Of a stretch of 64,000 bases of DNA, positions 51,687-61,087 are shown in pieces. The first letter of the stretch is position 1. Every line of letters starts with the position of its first letter. The stretch lies in the NCBI GenBank assembly GCA_963836885.1, contig CAWILF010000027.1, positions 4,277-68,276 of the forward strand, written 5' to 3'. The notes beneath the pieces are model-generated. The model did not search any database. It was not told the origin of the DNA and was given only the letters and a program-made list of their open reading frames with translations. A program made the position numbers and the translations under genes. This DNA is from an uncultured Flavobacteriaceae bacterium (GTDB lineage Bacteria > Bacteroidota > Bacteroidia > Flavobacteriales > Flavobacteriaceae).

Positions 51687-51697
51687 AAAGTGTATGT

Positions 51698-51780
51698 TGA
51701 AGATTATTGATTATAATTTTCGTAAAGTTTTTGGTTGGTTAGTTAGAAGCCCTGAGTCGTTCTTGATTCAGGGCTTCTTT
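51698..51780 (+). ncRNA. Candidate ~80-nt small RNA
   Basis: ORF-free stretch between the sigma54-like promoter and a terminator hairpin AGAAGCCCTGAGTC / GATTCAGGGCTTCT. Confidence 0.4.
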
Positions 51781-51798
51781 GATTTTACATTCTATGGT

Positions 51799-51838
51799 AA
51801 AAAAAGCCCTTCTCAATAATATGAGAAGGGCTTTTTTT
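51799..51838. terminator. Bidirectional intrinsic terminator
   Basis: AAAAAAAGCCCTTCTCA / TGAGAAGGGCTTTTTTT. Confidence 0.9.
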
Positions 51839-51853
51839 AATGATTTACAGTTT

Positions 51854-52747
51854 TTACAATCCCAATCTGTAGATAAGGTCTGCTCCTACAAAAGGACTGC
51901 TGTCAAATTCATTATTCAATCTAGTTCTATCATCACCGGACAATTGAATGGTAAGAACCTGCGCACCTACTCGATCTCCAGTTTGGTACAATCCATAATC
52001 AGTAGTATCAAGTCCTGCCTTTAATCTCAATATGAGTGATTTATCCAGCATGGCATAGGATGCGTAAAAACCAAATCTTATAGATTCTTCTTGTACATAA
52101 GTTCCGTCCAGTCCACCATTCATGTTATACGACTTCACTGAAGTACGTAAATCTGCACCTAAACTAAATTCCCCAGCAATATTATAATTTGCTTCCATTC
52201 TTACTGGTAATGCAGCATCGATGTAAAATTTGTTGTTTTTTGACTCATAAAAACCACCGATCAACGGAGTTATTATCGTTCCGAAATTCTCTGAAGATGA
52301 GTACATACCAAATTTACCCCTCAAGCTTTTCTTGAATCGATATTCCATTAATGCAATAGCACCAAATTGAAAGTCACGACCGCCTAGATCCTCAAAATTG
52401 GATGCGAGTTTTGGTAACAGAAGGTAAGTTCCCGTCCACTTTTTATTGTGAGAAATCTTTGCCCCTAGATTTAAACGTGTCATGGTCAGACCTTCACTGC
52501 CTATGGAGCTGGACAGGTTCAAACTGGTATTTTCAGCCGTCAGCCCTGTGATCATTACAATGTTATCGGTAAGTGGCGTCGGGTATAATATTTCAAGATT
52601 AAGGTTGGTAACATCGGTGTCAAATGTTTGATCTACATCCTCAAGATTGGTTCTGGAAACATTGAGTCGGGCAAGGTCGAGGTAATCTTGGGCTGTACAC
52701 ACGCTACTCAATAGCAGAGCAAAACATAAAAAATAAAGATTTTTCAT
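51854..52747 (-). CDS. Outer-membrane beta-barrel protein (DUF6268-like)
   Basis: Signal peptide then QDYLD; amphipathic strands; LLPKLASNF motif. Confidence 0.7.
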   Translation of the reverse strand: MKNLYFLCFALLLSSVCTAQDYLDLARLNVSRTNLEDVDQTFDTDVTNLNLEILYPTPLTDNIVMITGLTAENTSLNLSSSIGSEGLTMTRLNLGAKISHNKKWTGTYLLLPKLASNFEDLGGRDFQFGAIALMEYRFKKSLRGKFGMYSSSENFGTIITPLIGGFYESKNNKFYIDAALPVRMEANYNIAGEFSLGADLRTSVKSYNMNGGLDGTYVQEESIRFGFYASYAMLDKSLILRLKAGLDTTDYGLYQTGDRVGAQVLTIQLSGDDRTRLNNEFDSSPFVGADLIYRLGL

Positions 52748-52909
52748 AAAAAGATAGTTGATTTAATAGTTAATAGAAGTTATTTTAATTAATATGATAA
52801 ATATATAACCAATTAATTAGTTCTCTCGCTAATTCTACTCGTAAAAAAAGCGCGGAACTACATTTTCTCAAATGTGTGCGCGCTTTTAGAACCTTAAATT
52901 ATCTTTCCT

Positions 52910-53266
52910 TTATATTACAGAGCTGTTATTCAACAAGTCATTTTTAATTTGTAAATATGACTGTTGATCATTTTTATTCCATATTTCAGTCCTACATAAA
53001 AAGCTAGAGTCAGACCATATAAGTCCATTGGAAATTGCTTTGGAATACCAGTCCATATAGTCACTAGCCGATTCAAGCTTCTTTATAGATTTTAATTTCC
53101 ATTTAGGAATAACTATAGACCAGAACAACCAGGCCAACAATGTAGTTACTACAGCAACCATCATACTAAGTCCAAAGATCATAAATGAAAAAATATAGCC
53201 CAGTACAATAGGTGCAGTTATAGAACAGAGTCCATTATAAATAGACTTTAAAATTGGATTTTTCAT
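52910..53266 (-). CDS. Hypothetical AT-rich membrane protein
   Basis: 118-aa ORF with two TM helices, WLFWS...PKWK motif. Confidence 0.65.
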   Translation of the reverse strand: MKNPILKSIYNGLCSITAPIVLGYIFSFMIFGLSMMVAVVTTLLAWLFWSIVIPKWKLKSIKKLESASDYMDWYSKAISNGLIWSDSSFLCRTEIWNKNDQQSYLQIKNDLLNNSSVI

Positions 53267-53321
53267 ACTATAAATTTTTATGTGAAATAAGGAGAACTAA
53301 AAATACAAAAAAATATGATGC

Positions 53322-53352
53322 AAAAAAACCCGTCTCCGACGGGTTTTTTTTT
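53322..53352. terminator. Intrinsic terminator
   Basis: AAAAAAACCCGTC-tcc-GACGGGTTTTTTT. Confidence 0.9.
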
Positions 53353-53450
53353 GAACTTTCAATAGATCAATCTATTTACTGTAATAAACTACATACTTGA
53401 TGATCTCTAATTCAACTAGACGAAATCAGCAGTCAATATCAAATTCGTTA

Positions 53451-54707
53451 CTAAGCAAAGGCCGCCTCAACACTCGCGCTCAACCTCTTGTAAACACCAC
53501 CATTCAGTCGAGTTCTTATTCCCTCAAAAGCCTCTAGCGTTTGGTCAATATCCTCCATCGTGTGGGTTGACGTTGGAATAAGTCTAAGTAAAATAAGACC
53601 TTTTGGAATTACCGGATATACCACGATAGAACAAAATACACCAAAATTCTCACGTAAATCTTTCACCAATGCCATTGCCTCTGGAATACTTCCTTTAAGA
53701 TAAACCGGTGTCACACAGGACTGTGTCGTTCCTATATCAAAACCACGATCTTTAAGACCATTTTGCAGGGCATTTACATTCTCCCATAACTTCTCTTTGA
53801 GCTCTGGCATCGTGCGCAACATGTCCAGGCGTTTAAGAGCTCCTTTTACCAGTTGCATTTGCAATGATTTTGCAAACATTTGGGAACGCAGATTGTATTT
53901 TAAATAATCCATGATCTCTTTATCGGCAGCAATAAATGCTCCCGTGCTGGCCAGTGATTTTGCAAAAGTTGCAAAATAGACATCTATACCATCCTGGACT
54001 CCCTGCTCCTCACCTGCTCCGGCACCAGTTTTACCCAGTGTACCAAAACCGTGCGCATCATCTACAAAAAGCCTGAAATTATATTTTTCCTTGAGCGCTA
54101 TGATCTCCTTTAATTTTCCCTGCTCACCACGCATCCCAAAAACACCCTCAGATATTACTAAAATACCACCGCCGGTCTGTTCAGCAATTTTTGTGGCACG
54201 CTGTAGGTTTTTCTCAACACTCTCAATATCGTTGTGCTGATAGGTAAAACGCTTGCCATGGTGCAATCTTACACCATCGATAATACAGGCGTGGGCATCA
54301 ACGTCATAAACTATGACATCATCTTTGGAAACAAGTGCATCTACGGTAGATACCATTCCTTGATACCCAAAATTCAATAAATAGGCTGCTTCTTTATCTA
54401 CAAATGCTGCCAGCTCGCGCTCTAACTGCTCGTGCAGGTCTGTATGGCCGCTCATCATGCGGGCTCCCATCGGGTAGGCACTACCATACTCTGCGGCGGC
54501 CTCTGCATCAACTTTTCTTACTTCTGGATGGTTGGCCAGTCCCAGATAGTCGTTGACGCTCCAGGTAATGACCTCTTTACCGTTGAATTTCATACGGTTA
54601 GCAATGGGCCCTTCCAGTTTGGGAAATACGAAGTAACCTTCGGCAATACTGGCCCATTTTCCTAAAGGACCTTTATCTTTATAAATCTTGTCAAATAAAT
54701 CTTTCAT
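53451..54707 (-). CDS. PLP-dependent alpha-oxoamine synthase, probable cysteate-C-fatty acyltransferase (CapB/SulA-like)
   Basis: NDYLGL, HACIIDG, DDAHG and TFAKS motifs; adjacent to a CBS-like gene. Confidence 0.75.
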   Translation of the reverse strand: MKDLFDKIYKDKGPLGKWASIAEGYFVFPKLEGPIANRMKFNGKEVITWSVNDYLGLANHPEVRKVDAEAAAEYGSAYPMGARMMSGHTDLHEQLERELAAFVDKEAAYLLNFGYQGMVSTVDALVSKDDVIVYDVDAHACIIDGVRLHHGKRFTYQHNDIESVEKNLQRATKIAEQTGGGILVISEGVFGMRGEQGKLKEIIALKEKYNFRLFVDDAHGFGTLGKTGAGAGEEQGVQDGIDVYFATFAKSLASTGAFIAADKEIMDYLKYNLRSQMFAKSLQMQLVKGALKRLDMLRTMPELKEKLWENVNALQNGLKDRGFDIGTTQSCVTPVYLKGSIPEAMALVKDLRENFGVFCSIVVYPVIPKGLILLRLIPTSTHTMEDIDQTLEAFEGIRTRLNGGVYKRLSASVEAAFA

Positions 54708-54816
54708 GATCTCGATTAAGGTGACAAATATACGATAACAAAGGCATTCTACCTACCTAATTATAAAGCTGCTATGTGTAGATAAAGTTAATAACGTGTT
54801 GATAAATAATAGGTTA

Positions 54817-54830
54817 GCTTTCGCGAAAGC
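54817..54830. repeat. GCTTTCGCGAAAGC palindrome copy, intergenic
   Basis: Perfect 14-mer 40 nt downstream of the stop at 54871. Confidence 0.95.
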
Positions 54831-54870
54831 GTTATAGTAAAAAGTCCCATCCCCACCTTAAAACCTGTGC

Positions 54871-55911
54871 CTATTTAATATATTCTATATGATGGGAAGC
54901 CGCCATGGATTTGGTATCGTTAAATCCTTGATCCTGCATCCATTGATCGTTATATATCTTGCTCATATATCGAGAACCGTGATCAGGAAAAATAACCACG
55001 ACCTTGGAATTCTCATCAAAGGTTCCCGCAGCAGCAAGTTGTTTTACCGCTTGCATCGCCGCACCGCTGGTATAACCCACAAAAAGCCCCTCAGTCCTAG
55101 AAATCAAACGTGCCATGTGGGCTGCGTCCTCATCCTTGACCTTGGTAAATGAATCGATCACGTCAAAGTCGGTGGCGGTCGGGATCAAATTTTTACCCAA
55201 TCCCTCAATCCTGTAGGGATAAATTTCCTTTTTATCAAAAACTTGGGTCTCGTGGTATTTTTGTAGGACACTACCGTAGGCATCAACTCCAAGAATCTTG
55301 ATGTTGGGATTTTGTTCTTTAAGAAAACGAGCCGTTCCAGAGATGGTTCCACCAGTTCCACTACACGCTACTAGATGAGTAATCTGACCTCCCGTCTGGT
55401 TCCATATTTCAGGACCGGTCGATAAATAATGAGCCTCAACGTTGAGCTCGTTAAAATATTGATTGATGTAGATGCTGTCCTTCATCTCCTCATGCAAACG
55501 TTTTGCTACCTGATAGTAACTACGCTCATCATCGGCGCTCACGTGGGCAGGGCATACGTACACCTTTGCTCCCATCGACTTTAACATATCGATCTTGTCG
55601 GCACTGGATTTGGAACTTACGGCAAGAATACACTCATAACCTTTGATCCTACTTACCATCGCAATACTAAAACCAGTATTTCCAGAGGTAGTTTCTATAA
55701 TGGTATATCCAGGTTTCAGAATGCCCTTGCGTTCTGCTTCTTCTATTATATGTAGTGCTATTCTATCTTTTGAGGAGTGGCCTGGGTTGAATGACTCAAC
55801 TTTTGCGTAAAACTCACCAGGAAAACTCGCCACGTTATCAGAAAGTTTAATAAGTGGGGTTTCACCTATAAGTTCTAATACGTTATTGAATGCTTTAATT
55901 TCTCCGTGCAT
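54871..55911 (-). CDS. PLP-dependent cysteine synthase/CBS family protein, probable cysteate synthase (CapA-like)
   Basis: [28 protein letters not shown] and EGLG motifs. Confidence 0.8.
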   Translation of the reverse strand: MHGEIKAFNNVLELIGETPLIKLSDNVASFPGEFYAKVESFNPGHSSKDRIALHIIEEAERKGILKPGYTIIETTSGNTGFSIAMVSRIKGYECILAVSSKSSADKIDMLKSMGAKVYVCPAHVSADDERSYYQVAKRLHEEMKDSIYINQYFNELNVEAHYLSTGPEIWNQTGGQITHLVACSGTGGTISGTARFLKEQNPNIKILGVDAYGSVLQKYHETQVFDKKEIYPYRIEGLGKNLIPTATDFDVIDSFTKVKDEDAAHMARLISRTEGLFVGYTSGAAMQAVKQLAAAGTFDENSKVVVIFPDHGSRYMSKIYNDQWMQDQGFNDTKSMAASHHIEYIK

Positions 55912-55973
55912 AAAAGGGATTTTTGTCCTCTGCAAAATTTTGCACAAAACCGCGCAAATTTACAATAAAAATA

Positions 55974-58025
55974 CTAATCTGTTATTTGTTCCAGACTTAG
56001 CAGAAAAGCAAAATCTATTGCCACTTCCTTCAACGCATCATACCGCCCAGATGCGCCACTATGACCGCTATCCATGTCGGTTTTAAAGAGCAGCAGGTTA
56101 TCGTTGGTTTTATATTCACGCAGTTTTGCGACCCATTTTGCAGGCTCCCAGTACTGCACCTGACTGTCGTGATAGCCCGTTGTAACCAGGATATTGGGAT
56201 ACTCCTGCTTTCTTACCTGATCGTAGGGTGAGTAGCTCAACATATAATCATAACTGTCCTTTATGTTGGGATTTCCCCACTCGTCATATTCTCCGGTAGT
56301 CAATGGAATCGTATCATCCAGCATGGTAGAAACGACATCCACAAAGGGCACCGCACTTAATATACCATGGTACAATTGTGGCGCTAGGTTAATGATCGCA
56401 CCCATTAACAGTCCTCCCGCAGACCCGCCAGAAGCGTACAGATGCCTGGATGTCGTATATTTCTCCTCGATTAAAAATTCACTACAGGCAATAAAGTCGG
56501 TGAACGTATTCATCTTTTGAAACATTTTTCCATCTTCATACCATTCTCGTCCCAGATATTCCCCTCCTCTTATGTGCGCTATTGCGAAAACAAAACCTCG
56601 ATCCAACAGACTCAACCTCGATATAGAAAAGTAGGGATCGATCGTCGCGCCATAACTTCCATAGCCATATTGCAACAGGGGATTTCCCGTTGCTTTTTTG
56701 AGATCGGTCTTATAAACGAGGCTTATGGGGATTTTCTTGCCGTCCTTTGCCGTTGCCCACACTCGTTGTGAGGTGTAGTTTTCTGGAGAGAAGTTGGGAT
56801 CTTCAATGGGTTGCATTTTTAAGATCACTTCTTCTCGCGTTTCCATATCAAATTCCACGACCGACGGCGGCATGGTCAGCGAATTATATGTGTAGCGCAG
56901 CTTTGTCGTGCTATATTGAAAGTTTGCACTGGTATAGGCCGTGTAGGTCTCACTTTCAAAAGGTAAAAAATAATCGACCGTCCCGTCCCAGGCCTTGATC
57001 CTAATTCTATTGAGCCCATTAAAACGATCAGATACTACCAGGAATTTCTCAAAGATATCAATATCCTCCAGCAAGACCTTTGGATCGTGCGCGATGAGGT
57101 CTTCCCAGTTCTCCATTTGCGGAGTCTCTATCGCTGTGGTCATCACCTTAAAGTTGATCGCGTCGTCCTTATTGGTCATTATATAGAACTTATCCCCATA
57201 ATGCGAAATGCTGTATTCCATCTCTGGCTGGCGTTCTTGGATTATTTTAAAACTGGAATCGGGAAGATCTGCCTCTATAAACCGGACTTCATCCGACAGC
57301 GTGCTGGAAGATTTGATCATTATAAAACGCTCCGACATTGTCTTATAGACAAAACAGTTGAAGGTTTCCTCGTCTTCCTGAAAGATCAGTTCGTTAGTTG
57401 CTGGTGCTTTGTGGATCTCGTATTTGAAGATCTGGTTAGCTCTCAATGTTTTGGCGTCCTTGCGGGTAAAGAAGAGTGTTTTATTATCATTGGCCCATAC
57501 CGCGCCGCCCGTGGTCTGTTCCAATTGTTCATTGAAGACTTCCCCAGTTGTTAGGTTTTTTATAAAAATCGTGTATTCTCTCCGACCCACAATATCCACC
57601 CCATAAGAAACCAACTCATTGTTGGGAGAAATATTTAGGGAAGTCAACTTGTAGAACTCGTGGCCCGCGGCAAGTTCATTCACATTGAACATGAGCTCGT
57701 CCCGTGAACTTCCATCCTTTCTTCTATAAAAATATGGATAACTTTCTCCTGTTTCCATCTTTGAAAAGTACCAGTATCCATTCAGTAAATAGGGCACGGA
57801 CTCATCATCTTCCTTGATGCGCGCTTTGATTTCCTCAAAAAGCGAAGTTTTCAAATCAGCGGTATTTGAGGTCATTGATTCATAATAGGCATTTTCTTCA
57901 TTGAGATAGTTGATCACTTCTGGGGCGTCGCGTTGGGTCATCCAGTGGTAATGATCCAGCCGTTGATGACCGTGTTTATCGTGGATGTGTGATATTTTCT
58001 TGGCAATTGGTGCAACCTGACTCAT
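55974..58025 (-). CDS. ptrB: Oligopeptidase B (S9A family)
   Basis: GYGSYG, HIRGG, GGSAGG, DSQV and GH catalytic-triad motifs. Confidence 0.93.
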   Translation of the reverse strand: MSQVAPIAKKISHIHDKHGHQRLDHYHWMTQRDAPEVINYLNEENAYYESMTSNTADLKTSLFEEIKARIKEDDESVPYLLNGYWYFSKMETGESYPYFYRRKDGSSRDELMFNVNELAAGHEFYKLTSLNISPNNELVSYGVDIVGRREYTIFIKNLTTGEVFNEQLEQTTGGAVWANDNKTLFFTRKDAKTLRANQIFKYEIHKAPATNELIFQEDEETFNCFVYKTMSERFIMIKSSSTLSDEVRFIEADLPDSSFKIIQERQPEMEYSISHYGDKFYIMTNKDDAINFKVMTTAIETPQMENWEDLIAHDPKVLLEDIDIFEKFLVVSDRFNGLNRIRIKAWDGTVDYFLPFESETYTAYTSANFQYSTTKLRYTYNSLTMPPSVVEFDMETREEVILKMQPIEDPNFSPENYTSQRVWATAKDGKKIPISLVYKTDLKKATGNPLLQYGYGSYGATIDPYFSISRLSLLDRGFVFAIAHIRGGEYLGREWYEDGKMFQKMNTFTDFIACSEFLIEEKYTTSRHLYASGGSAGGLLMGAIINLAPQLYHGILSAVPFVDVVSTMLDDTIPLTTGEYDEWGNPNIKDSYDYMLSYSPYDQVRKQEYPNILVTTGYHDSQVQYWEPAKWVAKLREYKTNDNLLLFKTDMDSGHSGASGRYDALKEVAIDFAFLLSLEQITD

Positions 58026-58100
58026 AAAGGGCTCTTTTATTTAAAGCGCTGCAAGATATTAAAGAGCAGGTTAAGTGCGGGCGCAAGATGGATTTGATTT

Positions 58101-58140
58101 GTTCCGCTTTCGCGCCCGCCTGCCGGACGGGCAGGAAAGC
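58101..58140. repeat. Palindrome copy interrupted by a 21-bp hairpin (58115-58135)
   Basis: GTTCCGCTTTCGCG + CCCGCCTGCCGGACGGGCAGG + AAAGC. Confidence 0.9.
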
Positions 58141-58297
58141 AGAAGTAACCAAAAAAACTAACGCAATGGCAATTTGCATCTCCCCAAACGATCTTATTAA
58201 AACCACAAAAACGGATATCCCAATTCTTATTTAAAACCTTCTCCCAATGCAGTTAGAAGCAGTAAATTTGGCTTCTTAAATTAAAAAAATACAGACT

Positions 58298-58622
58298 ATG
58301 TTTGGAGATATGATGGGAATGATGGGCAAACTGAAGGAAACCCAGGAAAAAGTTGAGGCAACCAAAAAACGCATGGACACCGTCCTTATCGACGAAAATT
58401 CCAGCGATTCCCTGCTTGAAGATTACCGTTACCGCCAGCCGCAAGATCAAGAAAATAGACATTGCCGATGAACTTCTGGAAGACAAAGAACAACTGGAAG
58501 ATTACCTCATCCTTGCCCTCAACAAAGCACTTTCAAAAGCCGAGAACATCTACGACCAAGAGATCGCAGCGGTCACAAAAGAAGGAATGCCCAACATTCC
58601 CGGACTGGATATGTTCAAGTAA
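58298..58622 (+). pseudogene. ybaB: YbaB/EbfC nucleoid-associated protein with one frameshift near 58415
   Basis: [19 protein letters not shown]...SSDSL in one frame and [11 protein letters not shown]...[12 protein letters not shown]...MPNIPGL in the next. Confidence 0.8.
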
Positions 58623-58633
58623 TACCATTTGTG

Positions 58634-58841
58634 AATTCAGAATGCAGAATTCAGAATGCAGTACTTAGTATTTAGTATTCAGATTTTAGTTTTTAGATTT
58701 TGATTTTGATTTTGATCTTAAAATTTGTGATTTGTGATTTAAATTTTGGAATTTGGAATTTGGAATTTGGAATTTGTGATTTGTGATTTGTGATTTGTGA
58801 TTTGTGATTTAAATTTTGGAACTTGGAACTTGGAACTTGGA
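58634..58841. repeat. Compound heptamer tandem-repeat tract (AATTCAG/AATGCAG, TATTTAG, ATTTGTG, ATTTGGA, ACTTGGA)
   Basis: About 200 bp of mostly 7-nt periodic units between ybaB and mutS2. Confidence 0.92.
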
Positions 58842-58912
58842 TTTTTAAAAATTGCATTTTAAGCTAACCTTGATCGATGACACCATTGCGTGATGTACTT
58901 TTGTTGTGACCT

Positions 58913-61084
58913 ATGAAAAAAATCTCGCAGAAAACCATCCAGGATCTGGAATTTGACGTCGTGCTACAACAGGCCAGAGCCTATTGCACGACCGAGGATG
59001 GTAAAAAGCTCATGAAGTCCCAGCGGCCGTCGGCCGTTGAAAGAAGGATTAAAAAAACCTTGTTTTGGACGCATGAATACCTGGAGTCCTTTTCCAGCGA
59101 GCACCGCATTCCCAACCACGGTTTTGATCCCATAGAAAAAGAACTGCAACTGCTGGGAATCGAGAACAGCACGCTGGAAAAGGACAGCATACGCAAGCTC
59201 GCCGTCCTGCCCAGATCCGTGAACGACCACATCACCTTCTTCAAGAAACTTCACGAGGAATTTCCCGAGCTGCATGACAGGCTCAGACTCTTCACGCTCA
59301 ATAGATCGGTGCCAGATATGGTGGACGAGGTCATCGATAAATTTGGCGAGATCAAGGACGATGCGTCACCCATGCTCAAGAGTTTGAGACGGGAAATGAA
59401 CACGACGCGAGGACAGTTGAACGGCAGTTTTGGACAGGCCCTAAGCCATTATGGCCAGCTGGATTATCTGGATGACATACGTGAAAGTGTGATGGAAAAC
59501 CGCCGTGTCCTTGCCGTAAAATCCATGTACCGCCGCAAGGTAAAGGGCAAGATCATGGGCAGTTCAAGAACGGGAAGTATAAGCTATATAGAACCTGAGC
59601 GGGTGTTGACGCTTTCGCGAAAGCTGGCAGAACAAGAAGTAGAAGAACGGGAAGAAATACGTCGCATTCTCAAAGAACTTACCGATTATCTGCGACCATT
59701 TATTGAAGATTTTAAGACGCAACGCGATTACCTTACTGAAACCGATGTCATCAGTGCCAAGGCAAAATATGCACGCAAGGTAAAAGGAATTTTACCCATG
59801 CTGGTTGAGAACAAAGAACTAGAGTTGGTAGATGCCTACCACCCGCTACTGCTTATAAGCAATCGTGAACGGGACGAAAAAACGTACCCGCAGACCATAA
59901 GATTAGCCCAGGATAGTAGAATTATCGTGATCTCTGGACCTAATGCAGGTGGTAAATCCATCACGCTAAAAACAGTCGGACTGCTACAAGTCATGATCCA
60001 GACGGGTATGCTCATTCCCGTCCACGAGAAAAGTAGGGTCTGTTTTTTTGAAACTATTGTTACCGATATAGGTGATAATCAAAGTATTGACAATCACTTG
60101 AGCACCTACAGTTATCGTTTAAAAAATATGCGTAGCTTTTTAAAGGTGGCCAATGAGAATACGCTATTTCTCATCGATGAATTTGGTACCGGGAGTGATC
60201 CAGAGTTGGGTGGCGCGCTGGCAGAAAGCATGCTGGAAGAGCTGGACAGCCGTAAATCCTACGGTATCATCACCACGCATTACACTAATTTAAAGATGCT
60301 GGCCAATGAACTGCCAGAAATGACCAATGCAAATATGTTGTTCGACAGCAGGTCGCTGGAGCCTATTTATCAATTGCAACTGGGCGAGGCAGGAAGTTCC
60401 TTCACCTTTGAAGTGGCACAAAAAAATGGAATTCCCTATTCACTGATCAACAAGGCAAAGAAAAAAGTAGAACGCGGCAAGATACGCTTTGATAAATCCA
60501 TTGCCGCACTGCAAAAAGAACGTTCTGACTTGAGGCGTAATAATGAAAGTCTTAGAACAAAGGAAGTTACCGCGACCCAAAAAGCCAATAAACTGGAAGA
60601 CACCCAAGAACGCGTGCAACAGAAATTGGAAGATTTTCAAGAGATGTTCGACACCTATCAGCGATTTATTCAGCTGGGTAAAAAGTTTGATGGACTCGCA
60701 GCCGATTTTGCCAAGAACAAGAAGAAAAAACAGCTGCTCGATGAGATGATGAAGATCGTCATTACCGAAAATGTAAAACGAAGACCACCAGAAAAAAAGA
60801 AAGAAACAGTGGAAACCAAGCAACAAAAAGGCAAACAAAAACAGCTGGAAAACGAACTTCAACAGAAAGTAGAAAAAATAAGGAACGAGAAGAAAAAGGC
60901 TCAAAAACCACTTGTTTCCAGTAAAGAGGAAAAACCAAAAGTGACCCTCAAGGTAAATGACCGGGTGCGATTGCTCGACTCAAAATCCATAGGGACAATA
61001 GATGTTATTGAACGAGGTCGGGCGACCGTAAATTATGGTATTTTTACCACATCGGCAAAGCTGGATCAACTTGAAAAAGTGTAG
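58913..61084 (+). CDS. mutS2: MutS2 family protein (no C-terminal Smr domain)
   Basis: LEFD N-terminus, SGPNAGGKS, DIGDNQSI, DEFGTGSDP, TTHY, coiled coil and KOW-like end. Confidence 0.92.
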   Translation: MKKISQKTIQDLEFDVVLQQARAYCTTEDGKKLMKSQRPSAVERRIKKTLFWTHEYLESFSSEHRIPNHGFDPIEKELQLLGIENSTLEKDSIRKLAVLPRSVNDHITFFKKLHEEFPELHDRLRLFTLNRSVPDMVDEVIDKFGEIKDDASPMLKSLRREMNTTRGQLNGSFGQALSHYGQLDYLDDIRESVMENRRVLAVKSMYRRKVKGKIMGSSRTGSISYIEPERVLTLSRKLAEQEVEEREEIRRILKELTDYLRPFIEDFKTQRDYLTETDVISAKAKYARKVKGILPMLVENKELELVDAYHPLLLISNRERDEKTYPQTIRLAQDSRIIVISGPNAGGKSITLKTVGLLQVMIQTGMLIPVHEKSRVCFFETIVTDIGDNQSIDNHLSTYSYRLKNMRSFLKVANENTLFLIDEFGTGSDPELGGALAESMLEELDSRKSYGIITTHYTNLKMLANELPEMTNANMLFDSRSLEPIYQLQLGEAGSSFTFEVAQKNGIPYSLINKAKKKVERGKIRFDKSIAALQKERSDLRRNNESLRTKEVTATQKANKLEDTQERVQQKLEDFQEMFDTYQRFIQLGKKFDGLAADFAKNKKKKQLLDEMMKIVITENVKRRPPEKKKETVETKQQKGKQKQLENELQQKVEKIRNEKKKAQKPLVSSKEEKPKVTLKVNDRVRLLDSKSIGTIDVIERGRATVNYGIFTTSAKLDQLEKV
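59611..59624. repeat. Palindrome copy inside mutS2 (TLSRKL)
   Basis: Perfect 14-mer, in frame. Confidence 0.95.
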
Positions 61085-61087
61085 GTT

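Noticed and set aside
52910..53266. AT-rich orphan gene as another attC-type cassette
   Set aside because: Flanks show ordinary terminator-like hairpins and no complementary GTT/AAC boxes.
58634..58841. Heptamer tract as a CRISPR array or coding repeat
   Set aside because: 7-nt units without unique spacers, and no open frame in the ORF track.
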